Shown: positions 50,934 to 61,923 of the stretch, piece by piece
How positions within the stretch are numbered: the first letter of the stretch is position 1
Layout of the letters: every line of letters starts with the position of its first letter
Assembly (NCBI GenBank): GCA_963790055.1
Contig: CAWBND010000006.1
Span: 1,416-65,415 of the forward strand
Origin: an uncultured Bacillaceae bacterium
GTDB lineage: Bacteria; Bacillota; Bacilli; Bacillales; DSM-1321
Direction of reading: 5' to 3'
DNA: 64,000 nucleotides
The notes under the pieces: generated by a model
Database searches by the model: none
What the model was told of the DNA's origin: nothing
Seen by the model: only the letters and a program-made list of their open reading frames with translations
Translations under genes and position numbers: made by a program

Positions 50934-51035
50934 CCGCTTGATTTTCGCATTTAGGCACAATGTAGGCGACCATCACGGTTCTATCCGATGCAACCGTCAC
51001 TTTCGCAACGTCTTGGCACATTCACAACCTACACC
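50934..51035 (-). ncRNA. Unidentified conserved structured RNA module, copy 2
   Basis: Homologous to 45232-45328. Confidence 0.65.
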
Positions 51036-51698
51036 TCTGAAACGTTTGAATAGACTTAATGCAATTTTTTATCCTTTCACTTTTTACACCAGTGAAAAAG
51101 TAAAGTATAAAAAATCCTTTTCATTTGAGCGAAACGTAATCATTACGAACCGATATAGTGAAAAAAATCTACATCTATTATAACATATCTACATCCAACT
51201 ATTACAGAAATACGTTTGGAGTAATTTTTTAACCTACACCTAAAACAACGAAAGCCCTACCTCTCTTTCATCCATACGGTTCCTAGACCGCGCCTGTAAG
51301 AATCAGGTTAAAAAACAGGAAGCACATGTTTATTAAAACTAATCTTTCCTACTGTAACTCTAAATGAAAATTAAAATTAAAGAAAAGGGTACGAAGAAAT
51401 TTATGAAGATTATTTGTGGAGAAATAAAAATCTTTCTTAGTGCTTATGCATGGATAAGCCGCGCTCTTAATAAAAATGTTACTTTATAAAAAATCACTCT
51501 TCAATGAATCCTTTAAAACCATTCAGATACTATCTTATCATATAATTTACAATATGTAAATATTTTTCAAAACTATACCATCTAGCTCTGCTGATTTTTT
51601 GTTTATTCGTGTAAATTCATAATTTCACATAAATAAACAAAAAATTGAATATATAACATAGGTTTTATAAAAAAATAAAGAGGTGATGGACTCACCTC

Positions 51699-51905
51699 TC
51701 ATTTGAAAGAATTAAATTCAGTTTGAATTTTAGGAAGCTCCCGCATCTCCTCAATTAATTGCTCCCCACAAATAGGACATAGATAATTGGCAGAAGCAAA
51801 GTCTTTCCGCATCCATCCATTACACGTATCTGACTCACAAGCGTACACAACTGTGTTTTCTATAATTATTTCTGGTTCCTCTGAATTTCTTTTAGCAAAA
51901 TACAT
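51699..51905 (-). CDS. Cold-inducible YdjO-like zinc-ribbon small protein (paralog)
   Basis: CESDTCNGWMRKDF...CPICG; RBS AAGGAGG. Confidence 0.82.
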   Translation of the reverse strand: MYFAKRNSEEPEIIIENTVVYACESDTCNGWMRKDFASANYLCPICGEQLIEEMRELPKIQTEFNSFK

Positions 51906-51979
51906 GAGTAGCCTCCTTATGTCAGTTTTCTATAGTATACGCAGTAACTTCATAACTTATTTATCATTTTAGAATATAA

Positions 51980-54100
51980 TTAATTCCCCATTGCAGCCTT
52001 TACAAGAGCTGCTTTTATCATAAAATATGAAATGTGCTCAGGAAGGGCCTCTTTTAACGGCTTTAACTTATCTGCACTTAAGCGATTAGCTATATCTATA
52101 ATTAAGCGATAATCATTTGGAGTAAAAATATCACTCCAATTCATTTCTAATCGTTCTTGGGCACATTTGATTAAGTGACCCTCAACCGTTACAACAGATA
52201 GCTCTCGTATTGTTGCTATTTCCTTGACGCTCATCCCTTCTCGATAATACTTATAACTTTCTAGATGCGTAGGTATACTACTTTTGCTCTTTTTTTCTTC
52301 TATTTGAGCTGATGAATGTTCGACCTCTGGATGTTGGGTAAGATAGGATTCTATTACTTTCATAAATGCCTGTCCATATCGTTCGAACTTTTGATTTCCT
52401 ACCCCCTTTATTCTAAGAAATTGTTCATCAGTAGTTGGTAAGTGTGCAGCCATTTCCCTTAATGTCACATCGGAAAAAATAATAAACGGAGCCACATTTT
52501 CCGAACTTGCTAGCTCTTTTCGAAGCTGACGTAAGCTCTCGAATAACTCTTGATCACCAGTCGTCGTAGTAATTACTTTTCTTTCCTTACGATACACTTT
52601 GGTCTTGCTCATGAGTACTTCTTTTCCACTATTCGTCACTTTAAGAACTGGATACTGTCCGCCCGTCATTTCAATATATTGTCTTGCTGTGAGAAAATCG
52701 ATAAAGTCTGCTACATCCTTTGCCGACTGATTTTTCATAATGCCATATGTGGATAACTTTCGAAAACCAAATTCGTCCATTTTTCGATTTTGTGAGCCCG
52801 TTAGTACTTGGCTTATCAACGTTTTTCCAAATCGTTCACCCATGCGGATCATACACGAAAGAACCATCTGTGCCTCCATTGTCACATCGACGGATTCTCG
52901 CTTATCTGTACAATTTTCACAATGTCCGCAATCCTCAATTTGCTCTTCACCAAAGTACTGTAAAATAAACGCTTGTAAACAGCCTTCCGTAAAACTATAA
53001 TCCTTCATTTTATTTAATTTCTTTATTTCTTCGTCTCTTCGTTCAGGTTCTGGATGAGATTGCTCAATGAGAAAACGTTGTACTTGTAAATCCTGTGGCG
53101 AGTACAAAAGAATACACTCACTTTCAAGTCCATCCCGCCCCGCACGTCCTGCTTCCTGGTAATAACTCTCCATATTTTTCGGCGTTTGATAATGAATAAC
53201 ATAGCGAACATTTGATTTATCAATCCCCATTCCAAATGCACTCGTTGCCACCATCACAGGAAGCTCATCACGTATAAATTGTTCCTGCATAAATGTCCGC
53301 TCCTGTTCACTCATTCCCGCGTGATAACGTCCAACTCCAATGCCCGCTTTCATTAGTCTTGTATAGAGAGTGTCTACATCCTTTCTTGTGGCTGCATAAA
53401 TGATGCCAGATTCTTGCTTATTGTTTTCGACATACCTCATCAGAAATTGATCACGATTTTCCTCTTTCACAACCGAGAAAAATAAATTATCTCTTGCAAA
53501 GCCTGTTGAAATCGTTGTATTTTCATCAATTTCTAATGTCGCACAAATATCCGCTGTAACGATAGGTGTAGCCGTTGCTGTTAAGGCAAGGACAATCGGC
53601 TTTGATGGCAACTCATTCAAGAGTGTTTTAATCTTTAAATAGCTTGGACGAAAGTCATGCCCCCACTGTGAAATACAATGTGCTTCATCAATGGCCACTA
53701 AAGCAAGATCTATGTATTGCCATTCCTCGTGAAAAGCCGGATGGTCCAAACGTTCAGGTGCGACATATACCAATTTGTATTTCCCTTGTTTAATTTCCCT
53801 CATACGTTGTCTTGCTTCATTCGCAGAAATCGAGCTGTTCAAAAATGTCGCATCGATTCCGTTTTGTACAAGTGCATCTACTTGATCCTTCATCAAGGAG
53901 ATAAGTGGTGAAATAACAAGTGTTATTCCAGGTAACAGAAGTGCCGGGATTTGATAACAAAGTGACTTCCCGCCGCCTGTCGGCATAATTCCCGCTGTAT
54001 TTTTACCTGCAAGCACCCGTTCAATAATAGCCTTCTGCCCGCCTCGGAATGTTTCATATCCAAAATATTGTTGTAAATACTCATGCGCTTTGTTTATCAA
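51980..54100 (-). CDS. recQ: DNA helicase RecQ
   Basis: MPTGGGKS, DEAHC, QEAGRAGRDG, RQC and HRDC domains. Confidence 0.96.
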   Translation of the reverse strand: MINKAHEYLQQYFGYETFRGGQKAIIERVLAGKNTAGIMPTGGGKSLCYQIPALLLPGITLVISPLISLMKDQVDALVQNGIDATFLNSSISANEARQRMREIKQGKYKLVYVAPERLDHPAFHEEWQYIDLALVAIDEAHCISQWGHDFRPSYLKIKTLLNELPSKPIVLALTATATPIVTADICATLEIDENTTISTGFARDNLFFSVVKEENRDQFLMRYVENNKQESGIIYAATRKDVDTLYTRLMKAGIGVGRYHAGMSEQERTFMQEQFIRDELPVMVATSAFGMGIDKSNVRYVIHYQTPKNMESYYQEAGRAGRDGLESECILLYSPQDLQVQRFLIEQSHPEPERRDEEIKKLNKMKDYSFTEGCLQAFILQYFGEEQIEDCGHCENCTDKRESVDVTMEAQMVLSCMIRMGERFGKTLISQVLTGSQNRKMDEFGFRKLSTYGIMKNQSAKDVADFIDFLTARQYIEMTGGQYPVLKVTNSGKEVLMSKTKVYRKERKVITTTTGDQELFESLRQLRKELASSENVAPFIIFSDVTLREMAAHLPTTDEQFLRIKGVGNQKFERYGQAFMKVIESYLTQHPEVEHSSAQIEEKKSKSSIPTHLESYKYYREGMSVKEIATIRELSVVTVEGHLIKCAQERLEMNWSDIFTPNDYRLIIDIANRLSADKLKPLKEALPEHISYFMIKAALVKAAMGN

Positions 54101-54191
54101 GGAAAAAATCCTCCCTTTCTATTTATACCTTTATTTTACCGTTTTTTTTTGCAACATGAACTCCTAGAATCTCAGATTTATTCCAACTTAG

Positions 54192-54219
54192 TCATAATCA
54201 AATGCAAATTGCATAGTGT
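54192..54219 (+). promoter_or_regulatory. Probable sigma-E promoter of the cotJ operon
   Basis: TCATAAT-N13-CATAGTGT; cotJ is sigma-E dependent in B. subtilis. Confidence 0.55.
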
Positions 54220-54250
54220 TGTAAAGGCAGTTTTTTTAGGAGGTTAAGAT

Positions 54251-54487
54251 ATGAACCAAGAAGAACGAAATTTCACTCCAATTAAAGCATGGACTCCTTT
54301 TCATAGTCCATTTGATCCGTGTCCACCAATTGGGCAAAAGTTTTATCGTACACCCATTAATATTTATATGAACTTTCAACCGCCTAATCTTGAACAATTC
54401 ACTCCTCAAGAAGCATTAAAGGCTGGAACCCTTTGGAAGGTTTTTTATGATCATTATGACAATCCATTTCGAGAAAGGGAGTCTTAA
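54251..54487 (+). CDS. cotJA: Spore coat protein CotJA
   Basis: PFDPCPPIG, EALKAGTLW. Confidence 0.92.
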   Translation: MNQEERNFTPIKAWTPFHSPFDPCPPIGQKFYRTPINIYMNFQPPNLEQFTPQEALKAGTLWKVFYDHYDNPFRERES

Positions 54488-54751
54488 ATGGACAGAAACA
54501 TAGATGCAGAATACTATCAACTTCTTGAGCAAATTCAAGCAGCGGATTTTGTTCTTGTGGAGCTAACCCTTTACTTAGATACCCATCCATCAGATGCGCA
54601 TGCTTTACAGCAATTTAATCAGTACTCCGAATACAGTAATCAGCTCAAAGCGATGTTCGAGTCCAAGTATGGTCCATTATTACAATACGGAAATAGTCCT
54701 GCGGGTAGCACATGGGACTGGGGATGTGGTCCCTGGCCTTGGCAGGTTTAA
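54488..54751 (+). CDS. cotJB: Spore coat protein CotJB
   Basis: [18 protein letters not shown]. Confidence 0.93.
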   Translation: MDRNIDAEYYQLLEQIQAADFVLVELTLYLDTHPSDAHALQQFNQYSEYSNQLKAMFESKYGPLLQYGNSPAGSTWDWGCGPWPWQV

Positions 54752-54763
54752 GGAGGGAGATTC

Positions 54764-55333
54764 ATGTGGGTCTATGAGAAAAAACTTCAATATCCGGTAA
54801 AAGTAAGCACCTGTAATCCAAGACTAGCGAAGTTTCTGATTGAACAATATGGCGGAGCAGATGGTGAGCTTGCCGCCGCCCTAAGATATTTAAATCAAAG
54901 GTATACGATTCCCGACAAAGTCATTGGACTGCTGACGGACATCGGCACAGAAGAATTTGCTCATTTAGAAATGATCGCTACGATGGTATACAAACTAACA
55001 AAAGACGCAACACCACAGCAAATGAGAGAAGCTGGACTCGGTGAACACTATGCGAATCATGACGGTGCTCTTTTTTATAACAACGCAGCTGGAAATCCCT
55101 GGACAGCAACCTATATCCAAGCAAAAGGAGATCCAATTGCCGATTTATATGAAGACATCGCCGCTGAAGAGAAAGCAAGAGCAACTTATCAATGGTTAAT
55201 CGACATTTCAGATGATCCCGATATTAACGATTCCTTGCGTTTTTTACGTGAAAGAGAAATTATTCACTCGATGCGCTTCCGTGAAGCAGTTGAAATTTTA
55301 AAAGAGGAACAAAATAAGAAAAATTTTTTTTAA
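54764..55333 (+). CDS. cotJC: Spore coat Mn-catalase-like protein CotJC
   Basis: MWVYEKKLQYPV, GGADGEL, TEEFAHLE. Confidence 0.95.
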   Translation: MWVYEKKLQYPVKVSTCNPRLAKFLIEQYGGADGELAAALRYLNQRYTIPDKVIGLLTDIGTEEFAHLEMIATMVYKLTKDATPQQMREAGLGEHYANHDGALFYNNAAGNPWTATYIQAKGDPIADLYEDIAAEEKARATYQWLIDISDDPDINDSLRFLREREIIHSMRFREAVEILKEEQNKKNFF

Positions 55334-55397
55334 AAGCTAGACATACAGCCATTGCTTCATCAAGAACTCTGCACTGGCTGTATGTCTATTTGTGATG

Positions 55398-56270
55398 TTA
55401 CTTTCGTTCCGACGAATAGGTCCATCCGTCCTCTTGATAAATCTTTCCTTCTTTCATTAATTTACCCAGTGCTCGCTTGAATGCTCCTTTACTCAAGCCA
55501 AAATGAAACTGAATATCTTCTGGTAACGTTTTATCTCCATATGGCATCGCTCCGCCACGATTCATTAAATAGTTATAAATAACATCAGCATCTTCTACCA
55601 TTTTGTCTTGTTTAAAAGGCAGTAACGACACGTTTAACGATCCATCTTCTTTTCGATCAATGACCCGTCCTTCGACAAACTCACCTAATCTCGGCTCTTG
55701 CTTACGTTCGCTTTCGTGAACAAAACAGCGGTAGCCCTCTTCTGAAACAAAAAATGAACCAACCATCAACAAACGGTATACGTTTCCTTTCACCGTTGTG
55801 TTTCGGACACCTTTTAAAGGAGCTTCTACTGTAATAGTTTGAATGACATCTTCGGTTGCTAGTTTAGCAAATAATCGTTCCTGACGATCTATTTTCAAAG
55901 AAACATACAAACGATCACCTACATTTGGCCATAAATGCTGTAAATTCGGTAGGTCATCTAATGAAACTAAAATATCTTTCGACAAACCAATATGTACAAA
56001 AACGCCTAATTCCCTTCTAACATTGACCACTTCTGCCCAACCATATGTACCAACTTGAATATCTGGGATTTTCATAGTTGACGTTAAACGTCCTTGCTTA
56101 TCTAGATAGATAAACACCGTAACTTCCTGACCAATTTCTAACTCTGCTCCTTCTGCTATTTCACTATTGTGAAGCAGCACATCATCTGTACCATCTGTTA
56201 AAAAATAGCCAAATTCTGTTTCACGATCTACTTCTAATTCAACGGCCTTTCCGACCTGTATGCTTTCCAT
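55398..56270 (-). CDS. CvfB/YitL family S1 RNA-binding protein
   Basis: Tandem S1 domains, SKGAFKRALGKL winged helix. Confidence 0.9.
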   Translation of the reverse strand: MESIQVGKAVELEVDRETEFGYFLTDGTDDVLLHNSEIAEGAELEIGQEVTVFIYLDKQGRLTSTMKIPDIQVGTYGWAEVVNVRRELGVFVHIGLSKDILVSLDDLPNLQHLWPNVGDRLYVSLKIDRQERLFAKLATEDVIQTITVEAPLKGVRNTTVKGNVYRLLMVGSFFVSEEGYRCFVHESERKQEPRLGEFVEGRVIDRKEDGSLNVSLLPFKQDKMVEDADVIYNYLMNRGGAMPYGDKTLPEDIQFHFGLSKGAFKRALGKLMKEGKIYQEDGWTYSSERK

Positions 56271-56372
56271 GAATTGAATTCCTCCTGTATTCTCCATTAT
56301 GTATGTATGCTCAACTATATCTTGTACAGCATACTTGAATCTATCACGATTTACAAAGCCTGTATATAACAA

Positions 56373-56804
56373 TCATCTACTTTTCTTATCAATTATTACT
56401 TGCTCTAGACCATGTTTTTCGAAATATTGATGATATTCCTCTTCAAGTTCAAGTAAACGTTGAAAAGCAGCATCCTCTTCTAAAGGTTGCCGGGTCATTT
56501 CAGCTTTAAAATCACGTCTAGCTAAATAATAAGCGAGTTTATCCCAAAACACCATGTCTTCATACGCATCAATGGCTCCATGAAGTTCCCGCTCACGTTC
56601 AATCGTTATATCATACACTCCATATTGTCCATCATATTCAACGCCCTCCACATCAAACTCTTTCGCAAATGACATTACATACTGTTCCATGTCAGAAAAT
56701 GCATGTTGATCACTAGTATCTTCATTAGAAGAAGTGACCCAAAATCCTAATTGAACCATTTTTAAAAGCGTTTCATATTGTTCTTTAGTAAAATTAATAT
56801 TCAT
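56373..56804 (-). CDS. Hypothetical protein
   Basis: ORF with RBS AAAGGAG. Confidence 0.7.
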   Translation of the reverse strand: MNINFTKEQYETLLKMVQLGFWVTSSNEDTSDQHAFSDMEQYVMSFAKEFDVEGVEYDGQYGVYDITIERERELHGAIDAYEDMVFWDKLAYYLARRDFKAEMTRQPLEEDAAFQRLLELEEEYHQYFEKHGLEQVIIDKKSR

Positions 56805-57000
56805 ATAAAACTCCTTTTCCCCTACATATTATCTTAATGGTAGAATTAGTGTATCATTTATCTATTAGTAAAGAAAATAGTACGAACCTCTGTTTCAGAT
56901 TATGGTATAAGACAATGAGAATAATGAATTGGCTCTTTATGATTTACTTCGTTCAATCATGTAGTTCATCTATCATTACGAATGAAAGCGTGTGATTTTA

Positions 57001-57552
57001 ATGAAAATAAGACGAGCCACATTAGGAGATGTAACAGGTATCGCTAATGTACATGTGCAAACGTGGCGATCAACCTATAAAGGAATTATTCCGGATGAAT
57101 ATCTTGATTCATTGACGATTGAAAACCGAACGAAAAGCTGGCAAAGACATTTACGCACATTGCATATTGCCATTTTTGTTGCCGAAAATGAAGCTGGGGA
57201 AATTATTGGCTTTGCTGCTGGCGGCCCTGAACAAACAAGAAACTTCCATTATCACGCAGAACTGTACACCGTTTACATTTTAGACGAGTATCAACAGCAA
57301 AATATTGGAAAACGGTTATTTAAGGCCGTTGTGGAATTTTTAGAAGAAAAACATTATCAAAACCTGCTAATCTGGGCATTAGAGAAAAATGTAAATCGCA
57401 GATTCTATGAATCATTAGGTGGTCAACTAGTGGCTTCTAAGTCTATTTCGATTTTTGGTAAAGAGTTACTAGAAGTCGGATATGCCTGGGAAAACATTCA
57501 TGATTTACTTACACAACTAGCGCAACAAACCTTTAACTTTTCATCGAAATAA
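57001..57552 (+). CDS. GNAT acetyltransferase
   Basis: WRSTYKGI, QQQNIG, RFYESLGG. Confidence 0.88.
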   Translation: MKIRRATLGDVTGIANVHVQTWRSTYKGIIPDEYLDSLTIENRTKSWQRHLRTLHIAIFVAENEAGEIIGFAAGGPEQTRNFHYHAELYTVYILDEYQQQNIGKRLFKAVVEFLEEKHYQNLLIWALEKNVNRRFYESLGGQLVASKSISIFGKELLEVGYAWENIHDLLTQLAQQTFNFSSK

Positions 57553-57633
57553 GGTACAATTTAGCAAGGTATAGTTTAAAAAATACATAGATGTAAACTG
57601 TGCTTCTGGCAATTCAATGTTAAATATGGGTGA

Positions 57634-59304
<1,671 letters not shown>

Positions 59305-59423
59305 ATATATCATGAACAAAGCACAGCGATTGAGAGCTGTGCTTTGTTCATTCATAGTATAAACGTTATGATTTACTCAAATCTTTAATGAGTGCTCCTG
59401 ATTGTTTACTCTTTTACTTTTCA

Positions 59424-59660
59424 TCAATAATAACCACCATAATATGGATAACCATAGCCATATCCATATCCTCCATATCCTCCATATCCTCCAAATGCTC
59501 CACCAAGTAATGCGCCTGCCGCCAACCCGCCTAGAAACGGTACACCAAAACCGAAGCCAAATGGTCTTCCAAAACCAAAAGGTCTACGTCCAAAGCCCCA
59601 AGGATATCTCTCATCATATTCATTTATAACATAAGGAACTTGTTGCCAATCATTGTTCAT
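59424..59660 (-). CDS. Gly/Tyr-rich small spore-coat-like protein
   Basis: PFGFG repeats, PFLGGLAAGALLG, GYG tandem repeats. Confidence 0.75.
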   Translation of the reverse strand: MNNDWQQVPYVINEYDERYPWGFGRRPFGFGRPFGFGFGVPFLGGLAAGALLGGAFGGYGGYGGYGYGYGYPYYGGYY

Positions 59661-59871
59661 TATCTTTTCCTCCTCAAGTTTTATAATCCTTTCTTTCCCT
59701 TTATGCCTATGCACTGTTCACCTAGTTTGTTTAGGCTAATAGCTTAAGGAGGAAGAATAATTAGAAAAGTGGAAGATACCCATATAGCGACGTAGGACTG
59801 GACATTTGTACTCATTGAGCATTATATATATCTTTTAACATAAAAAAACAGGTTTCGTCGAAAACCTGTTT

Positions 59872-60516
59872 TTAAAGCGGAATCACATAAAGTAACACAG
59901 CAAAAAAGTGAGCTACCGATCCAGCTAATACAAATATATGCCAAACTGCGTGATGGAAGGGAAAAGCACGCCATACATAGAATATCGCTCCAAATGTATA
60001 CAGCAATCCTCCCGCAACGAGTAATTGAACGCCACCAATAGGTAATGTAGCTGTCAAAAGCTTCCAGGCAATCACAATTAGCCAGCCCATTGCAATATAC
60101 AAAATGGTTGACATATAAAGAAATCTTTTTACAAAAAAAGCTTTAAAGACAACACCAACGACTGCTACGCCCCATACAATCCCTAACAACGTCCAACCCA
60201 TTGCTCCTTTCACTACGAGCAGCATAATCGGCGTATACGTACCAGCGATAAAGATATAAATCGCTGAATGATCAAAAATTTCAAAAAGATCTTTCACTTT
60301 CCCCTCAGGGAAACTATGAACCAAAGTGGACGATGCATATAAAAGTAACATGGATACACCGTAAATAGTTGCCGATACAACATCCCATGCAGATCCTTGT
60401 TGTGCGGCATATATAATTAAAAACACAAGTGCAGCAATACTTAATAATGCTCCGATTCCGTGAGTGATTGCATTGACAATCTCTTCTTTACGAGTATAAA
60501 CATGTGTATTAGCCAA
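59872..60516 (-). CDS. Hemolysin III / PAQR family membrane protein
   Basis: EEIVNAITH, DHSAIY, HAVWHIFV; TTG start after AAGGAGG. Confidence 0.92.
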   Translation of the reverse strand: MANTHVYTRKEEIVNAITHGIGALLSIAALVFLIIYAAQQGSAWDVVSATIYGVSMLLLYASSTLVHSFPEGKVKDLFEIFDHSAIYIFIAGTYTPIMLLVVKGAMGWTLLGIVWGVAVVGVVFKAFFVKRFLYMSTILYIAMGWLIVIAWKLLTATLPIGGVQLLVAGGLLYTFGAIFYVWRAFPFHHAVWHIFVLAGSVAHFFAVLLYVIPL

Positions 60517-60662
60517 ACAAACAGCCTCCTTCTTCCAAATAGGATGGATCCTATTGTCTTTAGTATACCATATGAAAAATGAGGTACACTTTAATCTAAG
60601 AGATCTTAGCAAATTAGACAAAAAAACCTCTGTCAGTGGACAGAGGTTCCTTCTCAAATCAA

Positions 60663-61922
60663 TCAGCCTTGAAGAAGAAGTTGTTCTGGATCTTCAAGCA
60701 TATTCTTAACAGCTACTAGGAAACCAACCGCTTCTTTACCATCAACGATACGGTGATCATAAGATAATGCAAGATACATCATTGGTCTGTTTTCAATTTT
60801 ATCTCCAACTGCAATTGGACGTGTTTTGATTGAGTGCATTCCAAGAATACCTACTTGTGGTGCATTCAAAATTGGTGTTGATAATAGTGAACCGAATGTT
60901 CCACCATTTGTAATTGTAAATGTACCACCTGATAAATCTGAAAGACCCAATTTGTTATTACGTGCTTTAACCGCTAAATCAGAAATATCTTTTTCGATTT
61001 CTCCAAAGCTTTTACGATCTGCATCACGTACAACTGGTACAACAAGACCTTCCTCAGTAGATACGGCTACACCGATATCATAGAAGTTCTTTTTAAGGAT
61101 ATGATCACCTTTAATTTCTGCATTTAATAAAGGATATTGTTTTAATGCTCCGATAACAGCTTTTGTAAAGAATGACATGAAGCCAAGTTTTACGTCATTT
61201 TGTTTAACAAAAGCATCTTTGTGACGGCTACGTAACTCCATTACCGCACTTAAGTCTACTTCATTGAAAGTTGTAAGCATAGCTGCTTCAGCTTGTACTT
61301 GTACTAAGCGCTTAGCGATTGTTTGACGACGACGTGTCATTTTAATTACTTCAATACGATCATCTTCAACTTCAACTGAAGATGCTTTTTTCGGTGCTGC
61401 TTGTTGAGCTGGAGCTGCTTGAACTGGTGCTTTACTTGCAGCTTCTACATCTTGTACACGCACGCGTCCTAGTGGATCAACCGCTGGTACAGTTGTTAAA
61501 TCAATACCTTTTTCACGAGCTAATTTTCTTGCAGCAGGTGAAGCAATAACAGGTTGACCAGCTGCTGTTGTTTCTGTGACTGGTGCTTGTGGTGCCGCTT
61601 GAACTGGAGCTGGAGCTACTTGTGGTGCTTCTACTTCTGCTACAGCAGGAGCTACTTCTGCTTGAGAAGCTGCAACTGCAGCAGATCCGCTTTCATCAAC
61701 AACAGCAATTGCTTGCCCAACTAATACGGTATCCCCTTCTTCAGCCAATTGCTCTGCAAGTGTTCCTGCACAGTCTGAAACAATTTCAACATTTACTTTA
61801 TCTGTTTCTAGCTCGAGTAAATAATCCCCTTTTTCTACTCGATCACCAGGTTGTTTTAACCATTGTGCTATGGATCCTTCTGTAATTGATTCTGCTAATT
61901 CTGGTACTAAAACTTGTGCCAT
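60663..61922 (-). CDS. odhB: 2-oxoglutarate dehydrogenase E2 (dihydrolipoamide succinyltransferase)
   Basis: ETDK lipoyl motif, [16 protein letters not shown]. Confidence 0.96.
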   Translation of the reverse strand: MAQVLVPELAESITEGSIAQWLKQPGDRVEKGDYLLELETDKVNVEIVSDCAGTLAEQLAEEGDTVLVGQAIAVVDESGSAAVAASQAEVAPAVAEVEAPQVAPAPVQAAPQAPVTETTAAGQPVIASPAARKLAREKGIDLTTVPAVDPLGRVRVQDVEAASKAPVQAAPAQQAAPKKASSVEVEDDRIEVIKMTRRRQTIAKRLVQVQAEAAMLTTFNEVDLSAVMELRSRHKDAFVKQNDVKLGFMSFFTKAVIGALKQYPLLNAEIKGDHILKKNFYDIGVAVSTEEGLVVPVVRDADRKSFGEIEKDISDLAVKARNNKLGLSDLSGGTFTITNGGTFGSLLSTPILNAPQVGILGMHSIKTRPIAVGDKIENRPMMYLALSYDHRIVDGKEAVGFLVAVKNMLEDPEQLLLQG

Positions 61923-61923
61923 C

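Larger units (their letters stand above)
50715..51260 (-). mobile_element. Second non-autonomous IS607-type element; right end 8 nt before the ydjO-like ATG, left end uncertain
   Basis: Right end ...ATGTTTTTAGTAGCAG; omega-RNA-like GAATTTACGCCTGTGGAG...GAAGCAGGAA; orphan RBS AAAGGAGAG at 50908-50916; ATGATTACRTTT at 50735-50746 and 51132-51143. Confidence 0.6.

Noticed and set aside
50347-51183. Plus-strand ORFs 50347-50553, 50426-50872 and 50938-51183
   Set aside because: They run through a palindromic repeat, the antisense of the ydjO-like gene and the RNA element; likely spurious.
51026-51241. 11-bp direct repeat AACCTACACCT as a target-site duplication
   Set aside because: One copy is part of the conserved RNA stem and IS607 elements do not make TSDs; may be chance or an alternative-pairing site.
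45059-51260. Calling the two elements group I or group II introns or known small ribozymes
   Set aside because: No P7/R/S group I motifs, no GUGYG start or domain V, and no hammerhead, twister or pistol cores were found by eye.
59440-59495. Tandem 9-bp CCATATCCT repeats
   Set aside because: Explained by GYG repeats of the Gly/Tyr-rich protein.
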